From Paramoeba atlantica (lineage: Eukaryota > Protista > Discosea), in contig CDRNVI010000002.1 of the NCBI GenBank assembly GCA_977017575.1, positions 186,001-250,000 on the forward strand: a stretch of DNA of 64,000 nt, in the 5' to 3' direction. Each line of letters begins with the position of its first letter. The first letter of the stretch is position 1. Below are positions 1-9,709 of the stretch, one piece after another. The position numbers were made by a program, and so were the translations under genes. Under the pieces are notes generated by a model. It was not told the DNA's origin. It did not search any database and worked only from the letters and a program-made list of their open reading frames with translations.

Positions 1-849
1 TTCGCTCATGTGTAGATTGCCTTTCGTGGGAGCGTAGTGTTCGGTCACCTGCAATCAATTGCTCTAGCGATGGGATAAAGTTTTCCATTATCAAACACTT
101 AATGCGTCCCGTAGTTCTTTTTCTGAATAATGAGTAAGTTAGTGCTATAAAATAAATGTATAAATGGCGAATCAATCTTGTGAAGATATAGTAATTTAAC
201 GTTCTAGGAAAGAAACTATGTATGGCCAGTATGATTGTGAAAGTAAAACATTGCTACACAAAGTTGAGAGCTTATCAATAAACTATAGCACTTCTGCATA
301 AAGCAATACGTTTAAAAAACGTGGTAGGCGAACTATTGTTTCTGAATCTCAGACTCGCGAAATTATGGATGATATTAAGAGGGGTGACTCTGGGGGGAGC
401 GCCTGGAAGCGCCAAGGACCTTTGTGGATAGGAGTCACCCCTCTAAGATCCACACTGCATCCAACAAATCGATTGATGCAGATTCCGTAGCGTAGGTCGC
501 ACGCGGCATAATTTCTCGTACGCGTTCAGAAATTCTTGTGCAACATGGAGGTCCGTATGTATTTTGTAATTCTTGGGCACGATAAATTTTGCACGACAAT
601 GCATTCGCAGTGTGAACTGCTACCTTAAACATTTTGCTTCAGTTAGTTTTAAACATTGACGAATTTTTCTGCAGAATGGATTGCGACTATAAATATGGAT
701 AATTGCGAGTATAAATATAGATATTGCGAAAATTGTGACTGGACCCGGGATCGACCTGTGAAGGGGAAACCGATACAATTATCCGGATGACATCAGGGTT
801 TCAGGTGCACAATCCTTGTATCAACGGATGGTCGGTTTCATCGAGATAA

Positions 850-1660
850 TCTTCTTTGGAAGGGGTCTACGAGTGCAGTGCATGCTAAAGGATCAGATAA
901 AACTATTGACGAACGCATAACACAAAATCATCGGGCAGGTTCCCACTTTCAAGATGCAGAAACCTTTAAAAAATGGATAGAACTGTTTTGGCAACCACTT
1001 CTTCCGGGACAACGGCAGACATCGATAAAACAAATGCTCATGGTTCTCTACGGTATTCGATTTGGAAATGAGCCTACAGAGGTGGCCAAGGAGTTTGGTT
1101 TAAGCGTCCGCACAGTTACTCTTTTTTCAAAGGGTTCTCAAAGTCATGCTTTCAGTTGCATACGAAACTGCTTTCGACGAAAGTCATGCTTTCAGTTGCT
1201 TTGACGAAAGCCATGCTTTCATATGATGAAAGCTGAATGTATGAATTACGTCGTGATGCCGCGAGCGGAACATTATCCTACATTGCAGAAAGATGAAACT
1301 TGCTCTTCAAAGTCTAAACGGAGAGGCAACAATCGTCCTCAGCGAATACGCAGGGAGGGATCACAGTGGGCTAGCGTTGTGGCGATCACAAACGCATATC
1401 AAAAGGCCAAAGAAGTCTTCGTCAGTCGTTTAGAAAGCCGCCAGTCGGATACGATAGGTTTTGCACATTTCGATAATGTTTCATTTTTTTCATGGAACGG
1501 ACCATGATCTGACGTGGATAAAAGACGCTGTTCAGATTGTCTGTTGCAGTGAATCGTTTGCTTGCGGCAGAACTCCAATATGATTTTGACCGTTCGATCA
1601 ATTTCCATTTACATATTGAGTGTAATTGTAATTGGCCTGCAAAAGCCAAATGGGTGTAAA
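850..1660 (+). pseudogene. Degenerate Merlin (IS1595/ISXO2-like) DDE transposase
   Basis: Fragmented frames give, in order: a CxxC remnant (GVYECSAC*), an HTH-like 'MLMVLYGIRFGNEPTEVAKEFGLSVRTV', a first-Asp-like motif 'LQKDETCSSKSKRRG...EGSQWASV' (cf. VEIDE..KRK..RGR...W), 'RLESRQSDTI', then SD and AVN remnants. It is broken by stops, frameshifts and a ~20-bp tandem repeat at 1140-1220. No TIR found. Confidence 0.65.
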
Positions 1661-2012
1661 CAACAACATACTTCCCCATTATGCACTCACATCAGGAGTG
1701 GTAAATTTATTTTCCATAATTCTAGTCTAGAAGGTGTGGAGGGGGTTGATGATGATTGTGTATCATCCCTTCCCGTAGTCTACTCCTTCCTCGGAGTACC
1801 ACCAAACGCATGCATAGATAACATGTACAGATCACTTGGAATATAGACCACTTGGAAATACGTATAAGAAACGCAACTAAACGCAATGAGGTGACAAATA
1901 AAAAGGAACTTAAAATATAAAAAAATCTGACGACGCTTCGCGCCGCAGGCAGCCAGAGGCTTCGTCAAAAAGGACTCTTTAACCCCCTATAAGTAGGGGG
2001 GTGCCCCTCAGA

Positions 2013-2034
2013 CTCTTAAGTGGGGGGTACAGTA
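2013..2034. repeat. Orphan TIR-like end of a TA-targeting element
   Basis: CTTAAGTGGGGGGTACAG-TA. The reverse complement TA-CTGTACCCCCC resembles the termini at 4248 and 27491. No partner end found in the window. Confidence 0.35.
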
Positions 2035-2216
2035 AATCCTCCACCCGCTTTTTCGTACAAGCGGGCCTAGGGGGGTACGCGCAAAGTCTTTGTGTGGAAA
2101 TCTTGTTTTAAAGGCGAATTTTCCTTTACTTTAACCGCAAATTGCAACAAAATCAGCTCAAACGGACACTTGGTTGAAAAGTTAGGGTGGTGACTTTTCG
2201 TTGGGGGGATTATTAA

Positions 2217-3968
2217 TCAAGACCCGGCAATCGACGAAAAGAAGTCAAGAACTTTTGGGTGTGCTCTCACGGCTGTGGAATCAAACTGAGTAATTGATAA
2301 TCCGTGCAGTGAGACACAACGGGAAAGAGCAACATAGGCTTGTCCATACTCAAAGACAGTCCTATCGATCGACACTTCCAATCGATCTATAGACATTCCC
2401 TGACTTTTATGTATACTTAATGCCCACGCTAGTCTCAATGGTATTTGTTCACGGTGGGCAACGACTTTAGAAAAGATCAGAACTTCTCGCTTGATGCGCT
2501 CAACGCGTACGTCTGCATCCAGCACGGCAAACCGCACGACCGGCGACGCGCTCTCGGCCAGTCCTACCACAACACCTCGTGATCCGCTCACCAGGGAGCG
2601 GTGAATGTGTGGCAAAGCTGCGAGCAACACGACCTGCGCCCCCACCTTGAGTGTAATGGTTTCAGGGAGATACGTCTCACGACGAAGCACGGAATGAATG
2701 TATTCACTATCCGCGTTGTCCTGCGCCTCGTAGGTAACACTCTCACCGGTTAGTATCTGAAGGGAAGAGGTGTTGATTGTGTCCACATCGTGGGTCATGG
2801 AGCGAAGAGAGGTTGGGTACACACCGTCCGAGTGGTTCAGCTGCCTACCAATACAGGGGGAAAAGGTATTTGAGGCACGTTCAGTAACAACACCTTTACG
2901 CAAATCGGCAAGCGCTTTCACAAGTGTCTCATCCGATTGTCTGAACACATGTTTTAGTTCGATAACGTGAGGTTTCAGATAACTCCAAGCATCTGACTCA
3001 AAACAAAATACTTTGCCATCGTGATGCTTTCGTCGTATCACTGGTGGAAGCTGAAAGAAATCTCCTGCAAGTATCATTTGAATACCACCGAAGGGTTTCT
3101 CAGGTTGCTTCTTCAGAGTACGCCCAATTTTATCGAGCAAATCAAAAAACTGACATGAAACCATTGAAATTTCGTCAATGATAAGTTTCTTGCACTTACG
3201 CCAGGCATGCGACACATTTGGTCGCTGTATTATGCGCGGTATCATCTGTTCAAGCGTCAAGTCTTCGGATGAAGCCCCAACACCTGCAAAGCTATGCAAA
3301 GTCTGACCACCTATCTCAATTGCGGCAATGGCAGTGCTTGCTGTTACACAGATGCTTTCAGAGGGATAGCGCGTGACTAAGTGCTGAAGCAAAAATGTTT
3401 TCCCCGTACCGGCGCAACCAGTTAGAAATATGTGCTCACCTTGTCGAAGCCTCTCTAGAGCTTCTTCCTGCTCTTCACTTAAAGGAAAAGTTTGACTGCT
3501 GGGTAATTCCATGAACGATCTCGCATCTTCCGACGCAACATCTTCCAGTTCAACTCTTCTATCGTGAGCTTCGCGTGTTCTCTTGTTTTCGGATTTCGAA
3601 ACATTCATAGGAATACTGTGCCAAAGTGATCGGCTTGCAATCATCTCATAGAGCTTTTCCAAGTCGGGAACAGATTCTGGTGCAGCTTGTATGTGCATGG
3701 TGATATGTTTACGTTCTAAATGAGAAAGAGTGAGCGACATCTTTCCGTCACGCACAGAGTTGCCGAAAACTTTTCGAATGCTCCCAAGTCTAAAAAAAAT
3801 ACCTTGTCCGGTTTTGTGCTTCGAATTTTTTACTACAAGACATTGCCCCAAATCTGTCTCGTTGGTCAGGTATGCCTGAGTTCCACCCCATGGACGAATT
3901 AGTTCGCCGTTTTCTGATTCTATAAATATTTTGCCCACCACCGCATCATCGCAAGCTTTACGAGGCAT
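2217..3968 (-). CDS. PIF1: PIF1 family 5'-3' DNA helicase
   Basis: 583 aa. Walker A GCAGTGKT, DEISM, GDFFQLPPV, VFRQ, QIPLRLAWALSIHKSQGMS and GQAYVALSR motifs, plus an N-terminal extension resembling the PIF1 N-terminal domain. Confidence 0.95.
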   Translation of the reverse strand: MPRKACDDAVVGKIFIESENGELIRPWGGTQAYLTNETDLGQCLVVKNSKHKTGQGIFFRLGSIRKVFGNSVRDGKMSLTLSHLERKHITMHIQAAPESVPDLEKLYEMIASRSLWHSIPMNVSKSENKRTREAHDRRVELEDVASEDARSFMELPSSQTFPLSEEQEEALERLRQGEHIFLTGCAGTGKTFLLQHLVTRYPSESICVTASTAIAAIEIGGQTLHSFAGVGASSEDLTLEQMIPRIIQRPNVSHAWRKCKKLIIDEISMVSCQFFDLLDKIGRTLKKQPEKPFGGIQMILAGDFFQLPPVIRRKHHDGKVFCFESDAWSYLKPHVIELKHVFRQSDETLVKALADLRKGVVTERASNTFSPCIGRQLNHSDGVYPTSLRSMTHDVDTINTSSLQILTGESVTYEAQDNADSEYIHSVLRRETYLPETITLKVGAQVVLLAALPHIHRSLVSGSRGVVVGLAESASPVVRFAVLDADVRVERIKREVLIFSKVVAHREQIPLRLAWALSIHKSQGMSIDRLEVSIDRTVFEYGQAYVALSRCVSLHGLSITQFDSTAVRAHPKVLDFFSSIAGS

Positions 3969-4247
3969 AACGTCAAGAAAAAATAACAGAAGAAGAAGCT
4001 TACACGGAATTATGTCCCCTAAAGCGGATGAACGAAAATTTGCATCCGCTACTTTCGGAGTTGTTCGCTGGGCTGTTGGTGCAAACCCAGAAAGTTATAG
4101 AAATGTCGGATTACAAAATATACAATGATCAATTTCTCTCAAACTGCATAAAAAAATCCTATAAACAAATCCTGATGCATCCAAGTGGAATACACAACGA
4201 AGGCACCAAACCATGCAACGGCTTACTCAGTAATAGGGGGTATAGTA

Positions 4248-5901
4248 CTGTCCCCCCTATTTAGTGTTGAGTGAAATTCGGGTCAGATTGAACGAAGTTT
4301 GCACACTTTGTAAAAAAAATTCTAAAAGTGACTAAATATCAACTAATTCCAAAAGAAAATCAAAATGATGCAGAAACGACGATTTCCGCACAAAACAGTG
4401 CCACATCCAACAAAACTTGTACCAGCGGGCTTAACCTCACTTAACCTCGTTTAACGGGAGACGTGTGACAAAGTTCATTTCAAGATACCCAACATCAAAT
4501 TCATCAACAAAACCCAACATCAAATTCATTCACCATGATTTCACCCGTAAACTGAGAACGTAAAAAAATACGGGCAAAGTTTACAAACTAGGCCCCGTTC
4601 CGGTTTAATGTACCTGTAGCTCGTTATTGTACCATGGGGGTACAATAAGTGGGAACGATTGGTTTAATTGTACCTCCCCTGTGCAACAGAGGGCGTCGCG
4701 CATTAATTTTTTGCCTTTTTACGGATTTTAATTTTAAAATTGATTACAATTTTACCATTTTTATCAGCGAAGACAAGAAAATAGAGAAGCCCCGGTGCCG
4801 CGAAGCGACGTAATTTTCGTTATTTTTCGGAAATTTTATTGTACCTGTAGCTACACCTGTACGTTACTTGTACGTACTTGTACCTGTACGTATTGTACCT
4901 GTAGCTAGTTATTGTACCGGGGGGAGACATTAACCCGGACGGATTGGATCTTTTCCCCTTAAAAAAGCGCGCCGCTTCGCGGCGTATTGTTTTCAAAACC
5001 CTGATTGTAGTATTTTTTCACTCGGATGGGGATACAGCTTTATGAACGCTGTGGGGCATTTGTATAAAGGCCTGTGGGGGGACAGCTTGTAAAGGGGGGT
5101 ACAGCTATGAAGGCTAGGTCTGGCAAGCAAAGTATAAAGGAGAAACAAACAAGGAAAGAATGAATACAACTCCGCTCACCAAAAATGGAACCAACGTTTA
5201 TGGAGGGACGAGTCTTGCATTTTGTTGATCGCAAGTATCACCCTGTATGATTAAAGCAAATTAAATGAGACAATGACGTCGTATACGTCATCATCCCTCG
5301 CAGATGTCACCTTCATTATGAAGAACGTATGAAGAACGTACGTATGAAGGCTTCATACGTGAAGTGAAATCTTCGTTGCTCTCAACAGGGCTCATCATAT
5401 AAAAAGGAGGATATTGTAAAAAAATTATGCATTATTGTGGAGGGTATATTAATTGTACATTTGATTTGTGTAATGCATACACCGTTCATATACAGCACCG
5501 TATACAGCGTACACCGTATTTTCACAGTAAGGCGGCTACAAACGTACTGTATGTACACAAACTGTAACGACTCCAAACTGTATGTACGGTAGCAAACTAA
5601 AAAAAGGCGACTACAAACTGTATGTACGGTAACAAACTAAAAAAAAACTACACTTTAAGCTACTTTGTACGTGTACAATCCATTTTTTTGGGCTAAAATA
5701 GACCTCGTTCGACCTCAAATGCAAAGCGCGGGTTCGGTGCGGGTTCGGTGATGCACACCCGCAGTCCCTCTAAAGTAGAAATCGGTAAACAATCACAAAT
5801 AACAAGCAAAGATAAGCTTCGTGGGGCCTGTACGCACCGAACCCAAAATTAAACACCAAATAGGAGGGGTTCAGCACTCAATAGTAAATAGGGGGGGGCA
5901 G
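4248..5901. mobile_element. Non-autonomous TA-flanked TIR element (Tc1/mariner-type), 1654 bp, with internal repeats
   Basis: Left end TA-CTGTCCCCCCTATTTAGTGTTGAGTG. The right end, reverse-complemented, is TA-CTGCCCCCCCCTATTTACTATTGAGTG. The interior has GTACCTGTAGCT repeats (4600-4920), GGG(G/A)TACAGCT repeats (5030-5110) and tandem repeats (5530-5650). No transposase ORF. Confidence 0.75.
5530..5650. repeat. Degenerate ~40-bp tandem repeat
   Basis: CTGTATGTACGGTA(G/A)CAAACTAAAAAAA...CTACA units, 2-3 copies. Confidence 0.7.
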
Positions 5902-5931
5902 TAATAAGAATTCTGAGTCCTAAAATGATTA

Positions 5932-6901
5932 CTCCCCCTGTCACTAATAATGATAACCTTAAAAATTATCATTCTATGTGGTGAAAACTCTTAAAAAACT
6001 ATCAACTTATTTTCATGCACGCAGGATGTTTTTACAAAATTTTTTATGTCTTAAAAAAACGTTTTTTGAACTACAAAATTATCAACCTATTTTCATGTTT
6101 TAGACCGTATTTTCGTATTTATTTTTCCATGACTTCTCGATCACTGAAAAAGAAGCGCCCATTAGATGAATTGGGCTCCATTGAAAAATTTACAAACTTT
6201 GGTGGACGACCATCTTCTAAGAGGTATAATAATCTCTCTAAAATAGTCTCAAAAAAATTATCATTCTTGAGGATTATCATTATCAGTATTAATGGACACT
6301 ATGCAGTTGTCCACTGCCATCCAGTGCCATGCGCTGCCATCCAGTGCCATCCAAAACAGAGATATGAGCGAGTATCGAAGGCTTTTTTTGTGTTTTGGAG
6401 GACCCAAGAACCTTCCATTTCCGCCGGATGTTGTAGGACAAGTGATGGCCATGATATGAAAAAGGGGCTAATGTCGGATTCAATTGTACTCATTTTTCAA
6501 AAACACGTCTTTTTCTTTCCTTTTGCAAAATAAGATATTTTCTCGGTCTCTTCTTGTGCGTGCTCTGTCATGCACATGTGCGGACCTGAGTTGAATTTTA
6601 AAGTGAAAGCATGATGGGGACACACCAACAATTTTGAAGATTTTTTGCGTTGTGACCGAAGAGAAATGTCCTCACGATCACGAGGGTGGGAAAGTTCGTG
6701 ACTCTGTTTTTAGTATTTGTTGGAGACGATGTAAGCACGTAAGTTTTAGAAAACAGTTGTCTCGATTACTTCCTTACTTTTATTCAGATGTGCGCCAACC
6801 GTCCCACAAATTTTAGTTTTGGGTACTTGTAGTACACAAGTACATAAAAATTAGTCATCCAGTGCCATCCAAATCTTCATAGTGTCCAATGACAGGGGGA
6901 G
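5932..6901. mobile_element. Stowaway-like MITE / Tc1-mariner deletion derivative, 970 bp
   Basis: Perfect 12-bp TIR CTCCCCCTGTCA / TGACAGGGGGAG. Flanks are TA (left) and TG (right, one mismatch from TA). Internal CCATCCAGTGCCAT repeats at 6315-6355 and 6856-6870. Confidence 0.7.
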
Positions 6902-7316
6902 TGTTTCCTAATAAATATAAGTCCCAAAAACGTGAAATACTTCTTTTCTCAAAATCTCATCGCAGCCTCGTACAGATCATTTGTCACAAATTTGAAGAAC
7001 AAACGTTCAACTTGAATCAAGACTACGGTCAAATTAAATCAAGAAAGTCTTGAATCAAGACTAAGCTTGCGTTTTAGGCGACCGTTAAAAATCAAGAGAT
7101 CAACCCGGTGCGTGCAGGAGAGAAATAACACCAGCGGCTGTAGTACAGTAAGATACTGACTCTAAAACACATGATCTATTTATTGGTGAAAAGAGGTCTT
7201 ATTCCCCTGAAAAAAACCTGATTTTTTCTTGCCAGTTTCGAATAAAAAATTTCAGTATTTCAGCAAAAAATTTCAGTATCTAAGCCAGCGTTCAAACATC
7301 ATGGCTCTGCTGCTTA

Positions 7317-7899
7317 CTCACCCTTTTATTACTACTTATAAGTATACCGTATGTAAAATATAAGTGATTTCGTGATTTATAATGTCGGTGTGCTAGCTGC
7401 TTCGTAGAAACAGCGGTGGCTATTGGTAAACGGGCTTCGCAAAATTGCTTCCCACTAACGACGCCGCGTATGGCAGAAAATATCACCGCAGGGAGTCGAA
7501 CCTGCGACCACCAGATTATGAACGGCAGGTCTTACCAACTGGACTACCTGGGTCCGAGTCCCGCGACCTACGTTTTTAATCACCTTGATTTGAGCCCAAA
7601 TCGAAGATAGAGGGGGGCGGGGGCTGGACCCCCTTTTCTCACCCTGCTGGATCCACCCTACTCCGGACACCATAAAGAAGGGAGAGGCAGAGGTTGTAAA
7701 CAACCTCCGCAATTTATAATATAAACAGCTTTTATAAGCAAAACGTAGCGAGCCCAGTTTACTTATAAAAACACTTATAAGGCGACTTATGAGAGCTGCG
7801 GGTCCAAAAAAGAAGCCCAACTTATGAAATATTCTTCGACTTCATCGTCAGTATGCCGGCTGCCCGAACTTATAAGTACAGTAGTTATGAAAGGGGGAG
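7317..7899. mobile_element. Stowaway-like MITE, 583 bp, containing a tRNA-derived cassette
   Basis: TA-CTCACCCTTTTATTACTAC ... GTAGTTATGAAAGGGGGAG-TA (16/19 inverted match, TA on both sides). Internal ACTTATAAG-type repeats. Confidence 0.7.
7481..7553 (-). pseudogene. tRNA-Met(CAT)-derived degenerate tRNA with intact Pol III A and B boxes
   Basis: Minus strand: TAGTCCAGTTGG (A box, 7535-7546), loop TTCATAA followed by TCTG as in tRNA-Met, T arm GCAGG-TTCGACTC-CCTGC with B box GGTTCGACTCC (7492-7502), and TTTT directly downstream. The acceptor and anticodon stems do not pair. Confidence 0.75.
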
Positions 7900-8343
7900 T
7901 ATACGACTCCGCTCTATCACTTTTTTTTGGATGGGCTGCGAAACGTCTGACCGCATCACGTTTTTGGCGAATTTCGTAGTTGGGAACCTTGTATGACATT
8001 GTGTTAGAAGACTGTTAGAAGACCCCATAATGCGAATTAAAGATTTTTTGAAATCCACTGTTGAAGGAATTTGAAATTTTTTGCAGAGCTCAGAGAAGGA
8101 GCTAGAGTAAAGCTCATAAATTAAAGAAACTCATAAATAGAGAACTACTACCAAATTCATGTTTGGTATGTTTTATTGGGGAAAGTAGGCTAAAATATTT
8201 TGGAGGAAAAGTCCCTATTCACCTATTTCAACATTCGTCTTTTGCCGTCTCCGTTTGAAAATCTGTCATCAAGGAATCAAACTATTTCGCAAAGGAATTA
8301 AAAGATCTAGATAAGATAGAAAATATTCTAGATATTTTTATAA

Positions 8344-9522
8344 TTAAATTTTATAATCTTGTGTATGTAGCAACGATTCATCCAGGACGGTCAAGTTATC
8401 CGTTTTCATTCCACAGTTCGGTGGGAGGCAGCACCATTTCAGTTTTCCAGTGGTATAGTCAAACATTACAGCTTTTGCAGCATCTTGTGTATTCTTGTAG
8501 TGTCGTCTCTTTGCAATTTTTGAAATAATATTTGCCGGGTCACTATTCGTTTCCTGATTGGACAGGCCCATTCGATAGTGTGTACAAATAGTTTCCGGTA
8601 AGAAATGACTGAGCACCTCCTCAGCATGGAGCTCTATATCGTTTAAATGGCGTTCAATATAGCTCCAAGGTCGATATATAGCGTCTAAACCACATAACGG
8701 TTGTCGCAGAAACTCAGCATTCTGGGGCAACGTTAGCAATGTAACTTCTTTGCTATGAGGTACACGACCCTTCGCTGCCTCCGAACTCACATGTACGCTT
8801 ACCCTTCCGCCTTGCATATCAGCTAAATTCTGAGTTAGCGTGCGAACGCCCACATTGGGGAATCCCGCAATGGTCACAAACACCTTTTGAAGTCCAAAAC
8901 GACGTTGAATCCATGCAACGACTGCTGTGGAATCATACAGTAGAACGCCAGCAAATTTTTCTACCTTTTCCAAATAGGAAACCCACGCTTGTGCGATAGA
9001 TGAAGGAACCAAGTTTTGCTTACTGAGGAGTAAAAGAACAGGAGTATTATTGTGAACTTCAGCAGCTAGGAGGAGCGTTGAGCTGACTCCTGATAACGGC
9101 GCCCGCGCATCGACGACAAGTATCAGCAACTGGCTCATATCCAGGCATTTTACCAGTTGAAGAGAAAAATCTTGATCTTCGAAGATTTTCTTTTTCCTTA
9201 CCGCCGCTTCCTGTCCTTTTTGGGAATCATTTTTTAATACACTCGCTTTGGAATTCGATACAACACTTTTGCCCTGCTTTTTCTCTTGTGCTCTGACATC
9301 CAACATGCCTTGTAAAAGATCTTCAACATTGCTAGTTTTCCTAGGGATTGACAGAATAGCGCGTTCAGCGTGAAAATTTTGCGGACGTGAATCCCGAATG
9401 CTTTTAGTTTTTCGAATCGCTCGTTTGACGTCTCGTCTATGCTCACGGACATGACGGAGCACTGAAAACTTCTTTTTCAGTGTTTGACGCTTCGAAAGGT
9501 CTCCTTTGCTTCGCTTCGGCAT
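8344..9522 (-). CDS. GNL3/nucleostemin/Nug1-like circularly permuted GTPase-fold ribosome biogenesis factor with degenerate G motifs
   Basis: Basic N-terminus 'SKRQTLKKKFSVLRHVREHRRDVKR' (Grn1/GNL3-like), VVDARAP, LLSKQNLVP and IAGFPNVGVRTL in permuted G4-G1 order. Confidence 0.8.
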   Translation of the reverse strand: MPKRSKGDLSKRQTLKKKFSVLRHVREHRRDVKRAIRKTKSIRDSRPQNFHAERAILSIPRKTSNVEDLLQGMLDVRAQEKKQGKSVVSNSKASVLKNDSQKGQEAAVRKKKIFEDQDFSLQLVKCLDMSQLLILVVDARAPLSGVSSTLLLAAEVHNNTPVLLLLSKQNLVPSSIAQAWVSYLEKVEKFAGVLLYDSTAVVAWIQRRFGLQKVFVTIAGFPNVGVRTLTQNLADMQGGRVSVHVSSEAAKGRVPHSKEVTLLTLPQNAEFLRQPLCGLDAIYRPWSYIERHLNDIELHAEEVLSHFLPETICTHYRMGLSNQETNSDPANIISKIAKRRHYKNTQDAAKAVMFDYTTGKLKWCCLPPNCGMKTDNLTVLDESLLHTQDYKI

Positions 9523-9709
9523 GATTAACTTGTAGAAAGAAAACTCAAAAAAGAGCCTACTTTAGGTAAAAGAAGAATTTATAAATGGTAAATTTATTTT
9601 ATAAATCGTAGCCATAGATTTTGCGGTGGTTGTATAACTACAGCTCTACCCTCAATTATTGAAAAAAAGTGAACAAAAACAGTGAAAATATAAAGAGGAA
9701 TACAGTAAT

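Noticed and set aside
120-510. Possible pseudogene upstream of the Merlin remnant
   Set aside because: The frames are short and stop-interrupted with no identifiable motif.
6015-6533. 172-aa + strand ORF
   Set aside because: It lies inside a MITE-like element, is low complexity and repeat-derived, and shows no transposase motifs.
7481-7553. Functional tRNA-Met gene
   Set aside because: The acceptor stem and anticodon stem cannot pair; only the promoter boxes and T arm are intact.
7636-7720. U1 snRNA (CTCACC-CTG resembles the trypanosome U1 5' end)
   Set aside because: The match is about 7 nt with an extra C, and I cannot recognise an Sm site or the rest of the U1 structure. Left open for an Infernal search.
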